Below, piece by piece: positions 23,291 to 34,149 of a stretch of DNA of 64,000 nucleotides. The stretch is from Azolla caroliniana (Eukaryota > Plantae > Polypodiophyta). The stretch covers positions 5,952,001 through 6,016,000 of the forward strand of contig JBHGNT010000005.1 of NCBI GenBank assembly GCA_043228905.1, in the 5' to 3' direction. Made by a program: the position numbers and the translations under genes. How positions within the stretch are numbered: the first letter of the stretch is position 1; each line of letters starts with the position of its first letter. A model generated the notes under the pieces. It ran no database searches, was not told where the DNA came from, and worked only from the letters and a program-made list of their open reading frames with translations.

Positions 23291-26099
23291 GCTATCGTAT
23301 TGACCTCCCATGTTGAAGCCATTGAAAATCTGGATGGGGCAACCAATACGAAACCCCATTATTCTTTATTCTTATTCCAATGGAGTTATTGCAATTGATA
23401 ATAGCACTTGATAACTCACAAAATTCTTGCACCACACATTGAACCTTATGCAAATTCTGTTCTTCCCCATCCACATATAATGTTGTGTCATCAACAAATT
23501 CATTATCAAGCACTTGCTTATTATGTAATTCCCATTGCAAACCTTTAATTCTTAAATCATGATTATTAAAATACACATGAAAAGCCTCAACTATTAATAA
23601 GTATAGGAAAGGGGCCAAGGGGCACCCTTGCCTAACCAATCTTGAAATAGAGAAGGGAGTACCAACTTCTCCTACCACATATACGGAGCTAGACACATAC
23701 TTATACAAGGCTCTTACTGCCACTACCCAAGACATTGGAAATACTAGTCGTAATATAACTTCCTTGAGAAAAGATCAATTAACTCTATCGTAGGCCTTTT
23801 CGAAGGCCAATAGTAGCACCATTAGATCAACATCCTTCTCTTTTGCCAAAACTATAAGTTCTTAGAACATGAAAATGTTATAAAAAATAGAACGCTTTCG
23901 CATAAAACCCGTTTACGATTTATGAATAGTATCCCTCAATAAGGGTTGCATACGTAAGGAAAGAACTTTAGCATAAATCTTTTTTATAGATAGTATTCAG
24001 GATAGTAATCGGGCACCACTTCTTAATGTCAACTACCACTCCCTCTAATTTAAGAAAAAAAACAACCTTCTTGAATTCCATTGATAAGGCATGTCACCCA
24101 AAGTAAACACCTCAGATTGTAACGCTTCTGTTACATTGATTCCAGTGTGATCCCAATAGCAAAGAAAAAATTTAGGAGGGAAACCATCCATGCCAGAACA
24201 TACATTCTTACCTTAAGGCCTCAATTGTTGCATACACTTCATGAACATTAAAAGGTTTAACTAATTCTTTAGCCATATATAGGTTAACTTTCGTTTTCAT
24301 AACACACCATAATGTAGACCTTAAGGCTAATTGCTCATGTGTAAATTATTGCCTAGTTAGCAAAGATTTTTAAAAGTCCGAGGCAATTCTCCTCATCTCC
24401 GCATCATTCGATGTTAATGATCCATCCTCTCTTTGTAATTGCCTCATCACATTCTTAGTGCGGCCAATCTAATTTATACTAAAAAAATCAACATTAACCT
24501 TATATGCAAGGGTGCCCATTTTGCTCAGGATGCATGAAATTTGTGTTGGGCTACAACATCCTTGAATTGTTGCATCTCATCACGTGTTTGATGCAATTCA
24601 GCTCCAACCCACATAACCCATGGGTTCTTGTCTTGCAACTTTTGAAGAGCAACAATCGTCCACCTAGAAGATTGCTACACTTTTTGTAAAAGAATGGTAA
24701 ATAAAATGTCTCTCCTAAAAAGAGTTTATAATTTAACTTTCCATATCCTAAGAATTAAAGCCCATGTTAACCAAAATCAAATGAACCTTACAATGATATA
24801 ATATCTTAATAACGATGAGAATGATGAAATTTCTTGCACATACATGTGTTTATGTAGTAACTTAATTCCTTGCTCAAAATATTAGAATCATTTACCAAGG
24901 ATTTTTGCCCAACATATTAGTATTAACTTCATTGCTTTTGCATGGCCCCTAGGACTATGCTTCTCCACTTGACTAAGAGAGAACGTGATGGCGGATAATT
25001 TGTTGTTCACCTAGAGCTTATTACTTGGAATTGTAGAGTTTTCCATGGAAGAAAGGTGATGCAAACATGAGGTAATCCTAGAAGTTGACATACTTATTCT
25101 TTAAGAAAACGATGCATGTCATATGTCATCTACTAGAGTCCCATGCATTGTGGGTTACCCCAACCACTCTATATGGATGCTAAGTTTATGAAAACACGAT
25201 TGCAATGAGGGATAAAAACCATGTACAAAGAATAAATACAAATCATATTTTTTAATTACTTGTCTTATTGATACGCTTCCAACCAAACATGGTAGTTGTG
25301 TTCTTTATGATATGTCTAGACTTTGATTAATTGAGAGTTCATCAATGGTAATTAACAACTAGTGGCTAAGGAACAATTGACACTCATCCCTTCCCACATT
25401 GCCAACAATATGGTAGACCTTGACCTAAACTCCCCAAGTGATGATCTCGGTGTGAGAGGAAAAACATTGAACGAGAAGTATGTTGAATGAATCTTACACA
25501 CAATTTTCACTGTTTGTGAAAGAGATATACACAAAAGATACATGTAGATTCATGCAAAAAAAGCACCAATATGCATTGTGCACTGCTACATTCCACTTAT
25601 GGAATTGTTGTGGTATCAACTTTTTTATTAGACAAGTCTCCACAAGTTGTACAAGAGATGGTAATACATGAGTAATTCATCTAATGTGCCAACGTAATTA
25701 ACTAAGAATCATAATTCTAAGTAAAACAAGAAGGAACCTCTTGGACACATGAAAACACCACCACCATACCCACATCAACCAAAATGTTGATAGCAAAATC
25801 CAATTGTATTTACACATCTAAAATCGCGATCTTTCCATAATGGGGACCAAAAAAAGCTACCTTGGTGGAGCATATCTCCACTTTATTCTCTCTCTACAAT
25901 GTTGTTGCTTATGAAACACAACATCAAGCTCACCAGTTAGAGTATGCATCGACCATATCTCCTTGACAAACTCAACCACATTTTGTTTGACTTTTTGAAT
26001 TACACATTTACATATTGCCTTCCACAATACCCAAATTACTAAAGAAGATATCGTAAACCAAACCTTGGTTTTGACATATTAGTATTGACTTAAAGATAA

Positions 26100-26800
26100 T
26101 ATATTCTCTTAATGCTTCAAAATGTCGCTAAACATCTTGATGTGCTCATAATGTTAGAGAATCGTTTTTAGGTAATGAATGCATGTTAGATATTGCATAC
26201 ATAGTATCAAACAAGCTCACCACCATTACAAAAATTATGTCAATGATAAATGTTTGAATGCTACCTTTGAGGAATGTGAACGCATCATGTTTCTCAAAAT
26301 TTTAACAAATTCATTTTGTGGTATTGATAGGCACAAAGTCTTGACTTGTATTAAGCCCATTTTCCATGTCTCAAGTTATTATGGATGTGGCATATATGTT
26401 GGATTGACCTTTTGTATATAACCCGGATTCATCTTGTAAGTTGGATTTACTGAAGGTGCCAACAAAACGATTGGGGAGGCGACATATAAGGTCGATTTGC
26501 CTTCATCTTGTTTTTCATGTTGCTCATCCTAAGAAGAGTATTTTGAGGGATATGTGGCTTTATCCCAAGATTTCGTTAGCCACATAGTCTTGACATTGGA
26601 TAATGTTTTCCAAGATCACTTGATTTAGATTCATATGAAAAATACACCCATCATAGGGTATGTTGGTAAATCCTCGATAAAGTGGCGGAATTATAAGGAA
26701 TATGATGGTTTGTAGAAAGTCTCAACTATACTTTATCAAAGGTTTTACTGATCTATTTTTCAGTGATGAGAGAGGGGAATAATGTAAGAACAATGGTAAT
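26100..26800 (+). pseudogene. Decayed chromovirus-type gypsy integrase/chromodomain end with PPT
   Basis: YKVDLP...FHV-like (~26485-26520) and LIKWRNY-like (~26672) remnants, then GAGAGAGGGGAATAA followed by TGTAAG. Confidence 0.45.
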
Positions 26801-27947
26801 CCCAACAAATTGGGATGATGTACTAGGGCTTAGGGCTTCATGTATAGATAGCACCATGTATGAAACTTGAGAATAAATCTAGGGCTTTGGGATTGGGGGT
26901 GGGGGCGGGGTGGCTAATTGTCGTCATGATGTAGTGATTGAGTTGTAGAGTCATCGAAGTTGTCACACCAAATGCATTAACATATTACTCAAATTATAAT
27001 TTTATTAGCGATTTATGTATCTTTGGAATGTATAAAATAATTTCTAACAAGAACCTTGCTTGGCATATGATATCTATTGTAGAAGAGACATTTTTGAACA
27101 AACTTTACTTCATAAGGTTGACCCTAACACAAACATTTCGTTGAACATAATTATGTGTTGGGGTGAGAGTATGGATGACATAATTATTAGGGATGATATT
27201 AATACTTAGAAAGTTTGAAGGCACACTATTTAGTATGGCACAATGGAAACTAGGCTTCTATAGTTACCCATTTAAAGTAGTGTTTTATCTTTAATCAAGA
27301 AACTTGCTTCTTTCAATTGTTTTCATTAGGCAAACATGAATATACTCGTAATTGTTAACACCTTCCATATTCTAATGGATTTTTTTTGTCCCCTCATAAT
27401 ATTAGAGCTCTTTCAAGCTTCTATATTTCTATACATTCACTATACATTTTATGAGTGGGGCATCTTGATACCACTTTTTGAGTTGTGATTGTAGAATAGT
27501 ATCTATTATATGATTGATTGCAAGAGGAGAAATAAAAAAGTGATAAATTGATGATGTGACACGTGATAAGTGAATCAACAACAATGGTAAAAAAAAAAGG
27601 ATGATAGACGGTAAATGGTTAGTGGGTGATGCAAGAAAGAGAGGACATCAAGGAGAATTGGAATAATATGGGTTTGTTACGATGTTTGGAGATGGACACT
27701 TTATCGATAAAGTGTACAATTCTTACTAGAAAAAAAATAACCCAAACTAGCAAAGATTCTAAACAACCTTAACATGTAATTATTGGCTGGGGGCGAGAGT
27801 TCAAATCTCTCTTGGAACAATTGGAAACGTGTGTGTGCGGGTGCTAGCTTGCAAACATTTGGGTATGGGATTGGGATTGGACACTCAAAAGCATGACAAC
27901 AATCCTCCCTCCCCGCCCCCCCCAAAAAAACAAAACCAAAAAAAAAA

Positions 27948-28002
27948 AAACCCTAGTTTAAACGCGATGAATACGAGTAAATGAAGATGAAACCTTTGGG
28001 CC
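27948..28002 (+). promoter_or_regulatory. Telo-box (AAACCCTA) plus site II (TGGGCC) pair upstream of N6AMT1
   Basis: AAACCCTAG at 27948 and TGGGCC at 27997. This pairing is established for plant translation-related promoters; function here is inferred. Confidence 0.4.
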
Positions 28003-28119
28003 GATGAGAGTTACAAGCATGTGTCGTGGACCATGGTTGGTTCCAGGAAAGCGGAGGTCGGAGCCCGACCCAAGCAAATCAAAGGAGGGATGGGAGGGAG
28101 GGTGAGAGGCATGACCAAA

Positions 28120-28134
28120 AAGAAAGAAGAAGAA

Positions 28135-28176
<42 letters not shown>

Positions 28177-28245
28177 TGATGATGAATGGTGGATGATGAT
28201 GAATGATGGATGGATGGGTAGATGGATGGGTGGATGGGTAGATGG
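28120..28245. repeat. Compound (GAA)n/(GAT)n/(GGAT)n microsatellite
   Basis: Directly visible. Confidence 0.9.
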
Positions 28246-29479
28246 GGTTAACTTTCTGTGATGGTGGTGATTGTAATTTGTAAGGATGGATTCCCCACCC
28301 AAAACAGGAAAAAGGAAAAACAGAGGAAAACAGAGGAACAGTGTGTGTGTGTGTGTGTGTGTGTTGGGCAATGCAGTGTACATACATACATCTAATCTAT
28401 ATTTACTGATTTACTGTGTCTCACCTTTTTCTTCTCCTCTTTTTTTTTCAGTTTTTGTGGAGATGGATAAAATTTACATAATATAATCCCCCACCCCCTT
28501 CATTTTCTCCTTCATTTCTTCTTCTTCTTCTTCTTCTTCTTCTTCTTCTTCTTTCTTCTTTCTTCTTCTTTCTTCTCCCGGATCGAGCTTCGGAGGTACC
28601 CTCTCCCCTATTCCTCTGTTTCTGCTTTGTTTCCATTTTTTCCCCTCTTTCCTACGGGTTTTTTTCTATGGCTTCTTAGCAGTTCTTAGCCAATCATCTT
28701 CTTTCCTCTCTTCTCCCCCTCCCTCTATCTCTGTCTCTGCTTGAGATCTGTGAGATTTATTTATTTTTTCTCTTTCAAAGTGGGGTTTTTTTTTTGTTGT
28801 TGCTCCGTTTATTCATGGCTCGCATTTCTTCACTATCAATCAGACCTTCTGAGCATGACTTTACTATGCATTTAGTAGCCACAATTCACTATATACATGG
28901 TATGTTTGTGCAAGATCTGAACAGAAGTCAGTCTCTATTATGACAGGTTTCATTTGTTTGCCTTTGTAGATTGTATGAAATTTTGATGATGTAAGATCCG
29001 AGTAGTGAAACTTAGGTGTTTGGAATGGGATTTTCTCAATATATTGTTTGAATTTGTGACCATTTTTATACATATTGTACTTTTCAATGTTGATAAAACA
29101 GAGTTTGGTCTTGATGTAAGAAACAGTGATTTTTTATTATTATGAGAGTAACATTAATTTTGCACGTGATGTAGCAGAGCTTAAATTTGGCATGGACATA
29201 TCTCTAGATGTGGAAAAACCGTTGACATCGGAAACTTCAATTTCTCACCCAGTAGTTTGGGAGAAGTCTAACAACAGTGCGGTAAAAAAATTCTCAACAG
29301 TTCATATGTGTACTATCTTTTCGATTGAGAGATTGATAAGTCTTATATTGTATCAATTTCATATATGCATATATTGTGCAAACATGCAAAGATGATCCAA
29401 GTCTTTTTTACCAAGCCTAGTTTTGTCTGGTAGTAGTCAATTTATAATTGAAATTCCATTGTTGGAAAGAGCTCATCTG

Positions 29480-29830
29480 CCGGTTTCATGTGATAAGGCC
29501 ATCCAACCATCATATTAAATTGATAAGGTTTCATGTGATAAGAGTAAATTGATACTGTTAAAAAATAAATAGGACTATCCTACCATCATTTCATGAAGAG
29601 GTTTCATGTGATAAGGCTAAATTGATACTATTAAAAATTAAATAGGGCTATCCTACCATCATTTCATGAAGAGATTTCATGTGATAAGGCTATCCTACCA
29701 TTATATAAATTTGATAAGGCTTCATGTGATAAGGCTATCCTACCATCATATTAGATTGATAAGGTTTCATGTGATAAGGTTAAATTGATACTGTTAAAAG
29801 TTAAAATAGGGCCATCCCACCATCATTTCA
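29480..29830. repeat. Minisatellite array with GGTTTCATGTGATAAGGC / TATCCTACCATCAT core in the presumed N6AMT1 5' intron
   Basis: TTCATGTGATAAG recurs six times, interleaved with ATCC(T/A/C)ACCAT modules. Confidence 0.85.
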
Positions 29831-29900
29831 TGTTTTTCCCAAGTATGTATATTTGTTAGGTGTTTTTTATAACCACATGTGTGTGTGTGTGTGTGTATGC

Positions 29901-30677
29901 ATGTATCATGGATTGCAGGTGGCAACGCCTCGCACCAGGATTGCAGACATTCGTCTGGTAAGCCGGCATCCTGAAGTTTATGAGCCGTGTGATGATTCAT
30001 TTGCCCTAGTGGACGCCCTTCTCGCAGACCGACAATACCTTGCATCTCTTCGTCCGAGCTTGTGCTTGGAGGTTGGATGCGGGAGCGGATACGTGATCAC
30101 ATCCCTCGCCCTCATACTTGCTAGCAATTGTGACACTAAAGTTCACTACCTAGCCACTGATATAAATGAAGTGGCGGTGAACACTACTCGAGCTACCCTA
30201 CAAGCCCATAAGGTCGATGCAGATGTGGTGGTAGGAGACCTTGTTTCGGGTTTCCAGAAGAGACAATTGAACGGTAGTGTCGATGTGCTTGTGTTCAATC
30301 CCCCTTATGTGCCTACTCCCGAGGATGAGGTGGGAGTAGATGGTATTGCATCCTCTTGGGCAGGAGGTTATAAAGGCCGTGTGGTGATCGATCGGATGCT
30401 CGCTATTGTAGATTCGCTCCTCTCTAGTAAAGGTGTGTTTTATCTTGTGACAGTCACAGCTAACAATCCAGGAGAGATTTGCCAGATCATGAGAAAGAAA
30501 GGATTTGCTTCTAGAATTGTAGTCCAAAGGTATACTGAGGAAGAGAGCTTACACATTCTAAAGTTTTGGCGAGAAGCATTAGACGAGACTTTGGATTTTA
30601 CCGGGCCTGCCCTTACGTCTCCGCGATCTTCGTCATTCTTGCAACGTTCTCTCTCACGTCTAGTATCGTTTAAATAG
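29901..30677 (+). CDS. N6AMT1: HemK2/N6AMT1 (MTQ2-like) eRF1 glutamine methyltransferase; start codon uncertain
   Basis: VYEPCDDSFALVDAL, SAM-binding motif LEVGCGSG, ATDIN, NPPY, WAGG..GR.VIDR. Intact to TAG at 30677. Confidence 0.93.
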   Translation: MYHGLQVATPRTRIADIRLVSRHPEVYEPCDDSFALVDALLADRQYLASLRPSLCLEVGCGSGYVITSLALILASNCDTKVHYLATDINEVAVNTTRATLQAHKVDADVVVGDLVSGFQKRQLNGSVDVLVFNPPYVPTPEDEVGVDGIASSWAGGYKGRVVIDRMLAIVDSLLSSKGVFYLVTVTANNPGEICQIMRKKGFASRIVVQRYTEEESLHILKFWREALDETLDFTGPALTSPRSSSFLQRSLSRLVSFK

Positions 30678-32234
30678 CTATACATACCTTCACAAATGTA
30701 CATAATGGGTTCTTTTCTTTCTTCTTTCCCAGCATTTTTTTGGGGCTATGACCATGTGAACATTTGTTGTAGTATAAATGATGCATGGTTGAAACTCCAG
30801 CATGTTTTCTTTAGAGACAAATTTCTCTGGGTGCTACTGTTGGAGTTATATTTGGCGTTTTGGTTATTCTATTTTATCTCCATGGTGAAATCTAAATGCA
30901 AGGCAAATGTGAAGCTTGTTAAGGCAAAGATCAGCTAAGTATCATTTTTGTCTAGTTTTTGTAGCGCTTAAATTGCATGCTTGAGAAAATGAGTTATTCT
31001 TGGCATGTTTATGATTTGTATATAATGTCACCTATCTTATGGTTTATTTTGTCCGAGGGTTGGCTCCTGAAAGAGAAGTGTGACCGATCGCAACGTCACA
31101 AATCTTTTTTCTTATGGTATACCTCAATGCAGCATACTTGACATTAATGACAACTTGGCAGTGAATTTCCCAACTATACCATAAGAAAAAAGATTTGTCA
31201 TGGCTTGGGCAAATCGTTCTTAGTTTGGACTGTTTAGTATTGTGGGTATTATTAAGGCTGGAATGTGCAGCCAAAAGTCATGTTAATGGAGTGCTTGGAA
31301 AAGAATAGAGATAAGGAACTTGGGCTATAACATATTGTTGCGGATGGTGCAATTAGTGATGTTGATTATATTCTAACAATCTTGGGCGAAAAACGTAGGT
31401 TCTATAAATGTATTGGGTCAAATTCTTTTTCTTTTTATTGAACCTTGATTTTTTACATTTGTCACATGTGCAGGATTGTTTGAATATCTTGAATATACAT
31501 CTTCGTGTCTTGGTTTGGAAATTGACCTTGACCTCAAGAACAACCTTGAATATAAATGGCAATTGTTTCTTATGAGATACAAAGGTTTTGAGGATAGGCC
31601 AATGTTCTCATAAGTTTTTGTTTGTGGGCATCAATCAAGTAGGTAAGCTCCTTGAGCACCATTTACTAGCACGTTAAATGGTGGTGTTGGGAAAAAGGGT
31701 GAACATCTCAAGTGGGGAGAGGGATGATAATCTAGTGTATCAAAATTTCAACGAACATCAACCAAATTTATTTTGCCAAGTTAGTTATAGACATTGCAAC
31801 TATCGGGCATTTCTCAACAAAAATTTATTTCATCAAGTTGGTTATAGACAATGCAACTATAGTGCCTTTCTCAGATGGTAGACATGAGAAAACTGGGTTT
31901 CAAAAACAAATGTCTAATTTGGTTTCAAACCTTTGTTTTTGCATGAGAAATTTGGGTTTCAAACCCAAGACGTAGTGATAGTAGTCTAACGACGTACTGT
32001 TAGCGTAAGCAAATTACAATATAAGAAAGACAGAGAAGTGACAGTGAGTTTGCATGTGCGTGGTTAGATGTATGTTCTTGCAAGCACATATATGTGGCCT
32101 TATTTTGTTTGCAAAAAGAAATAAAGATGAGTATTTTGTTGACATTTCAACTTCCCAATTATTTTTTCCCAAAAGGTTTGGAAGTTGAAATAGCAAACCC
32201 CACATTGTTCTACATAGGATCACAACAATTACAA

Positions 32235-32440
32235 AGTAGGCATCACTCAAGATAATCTTAATGTGTTTTCATTGTGTAGGAAAATATTCCATTAGCCAAT
32301 CCTTAGTAGTCACCACTCACGATAATCTTAATCCTTTTACATTGTGTAGGAAAATATTCCATTAGCCTATCCTTAGTAGGCACCACTCAAGATAATCTTA
32401 ATCCTTTTTCATTGTGAAGGAAAATATTCCATTAGCCTTT
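32235..32440. repeat. Three tandem ~70-bp units
   Basis: GTAG.CA.CACTCA.GATAATCTTAAT...ATTGTG.AGGAAAATATTCCATTAGCC occurs three times. Confidence 0.85.
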
Positions 32441-33490
32441 CCTTTTTGGGGAGACATAAACAAAAGAATCTTTGTAGTGGAAGTATATATCAAAATACCC
32501 ATTGTCATCGTCATCCTTGAGCCTTGGGTTGCAAGAGAAATGTCTCACAGAAAATAAATAATTACAAATTATTCGAGTTGATAATGCCATCTCATCGTTT
32601 TTTGGTAATAATATATTGTTTCAATTGCTTTTGTTTGTTGATTGTTATAACTTATTAGTACATAAGCCCTGTAAATTCCATCCTCTCGAAACATTTTTTG
32701 TCATATAACTTTTATGCGCGCACATGACTCTATTTCAAAACCTATTTTTCCTTGAGCATCATGAAAGGTCACTCTCATTTTTTGCTATAATAAAAATGAG
32801 TCTGTCTATGTCATTGAATTTACACGTGATAAAGTTTCACAACCAAAATAACAATCATGTTTTGTGCCATTAGTAAAATATAATCATTGGAAATCACTTA
32901 GCAAGTTTCATAATTGGATCTAAGGAGGTATCAATGCAAATCCAAAACATCATGAACATGATCACAAAATCACATAATTCTATTATCCCAAGCCCTTGTA
33001 TTGCAGAAAAGGATGATGACCTTGCCACTCCCAAAAAACAACATACAAATGAATAGAAACCGGGATTCACTAAAACGAAGTTCATATACATTTTAAAGCC
33101 TAGATAGTTATTATATACCTAATGACATACAATAATGTTAATGAGATGAACGGCAATATAGAAAGCAAGTAAAGCAAAACACAAGATTTCCCAAGCTTTA
33201 CTTGTCTAAAATGGAATTAATTGAGGAGGAACAAATTCATCATCAATTGGTCATGCAAATGAGGTCTCTTGTATGTGTCAGATTGGATATATGACAGATT
33301 TCTCAATGAATGCTTGAACATGGAGAAAATACTTTTAGCATGAAGAAATGAAATTTGCACATGTCAAACACTTTCACTATATACATGGAGGATAATATGA
33401 CTTCAAATATTTAACAAACAATGCCCATACATTATCTAGATTAAGGCTAGAAATGGGTCATCTTGGCAAAATCCAATGGCAAAAAAAACT

Positions 33491-33630
33491 GCCATTAATC
33501 AAAGACTACATTTCTATGGGAGCATTAATCATTTTCAATTGTTGAGGCCATTAATCAAAGACTACGTTTCTATGGGAGTATTAATCATTTTCAATTGTTG
33601 AGGCCATTAATCAAAGGCTACATTTCTATG
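33491..33630. repeat. About 2.5 tandem ~56-bp units
   Basis: GCCATTAATCAAAG.CTAC.TTTCTATGG at 33491, 33547 and 33603. Confidence 0.85.
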
Positions 33631-34149
33631 GCAAAAAAACTCACCTAGATGGATTTGTGACGATACATTTGAATTAAGCGAGGAGTTGCTGCAATGCATA
33701 ACAGTTGCATTAATGCAAAAAATCGATGACAAGAAGAGTAAAGAAGGTTGTAGCATAACAATTCTAGGACAAATGTGTCAATGCAATGCATAACAATTTC
33801 ACTATTGCAAAAGTCAATCACAAGAAAGAGTAAAAAAAGCTGTAGCATGACAATTCTTGCACATATTAATCGTTAGAAACATACTTACCTGACATGATTA
33901 TTGCTTAAATGGCAACTAAACTGACATTGTCAATTAACATGGCATGACAGCTTTTGCAAATTATTATTTTTGTCCAAGAGATGAGGGATGCTAAAATGCA
34001 TTTAATACATAAATAGCCTTCCACACGAGCTAGAATTAGCATTTTTCAATATACAATACAAATGGCAGCTAGGACTATTCATTCAGAGAAAAACAATTTC
34101 CATCAGCATGTTTCCCCTCATATATGTGATCAAATAGGTTGATGAAAGA

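Larger units (their letters stand above)
17080..24690 (-). mobile_element. Old decayed L1 LINE (ORF2 RT and C-terminus), interrupted by a copia element
   Basis: RQGCPLAPFLY...EFVDDT (23292..23735), GGLGLID (18710..19042), QPICWNP and HALWNC...LWNIWIGRC. SIR|YLGCQV is split exactly by the LTR insertion. Confidence 0.85.

Noticed and set aside
24900-25800. Possible decayed gypsy RT region
   Set aside because: Similarity is too faint to assign by eye.
27964-28010. Box C-like GATGA words suggesting a C/D snoRNA
   Set aside because: No properly placed box D (CTGA) or terminal stem.
27958-28636. Poly-His/poly-Ile/poly-Arg ORFs
   Set aside because: They are translations of (GAT)n, (GT)n and (CTT)n microsatellites.
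29480-33630. Repeat arrays resembling CRISPR repeat-spacer structure
   Set aside because: Eukaryotic context, the 'spacers' are themselves repeated, and there are no cas genes; these are ordinary minisatellites.
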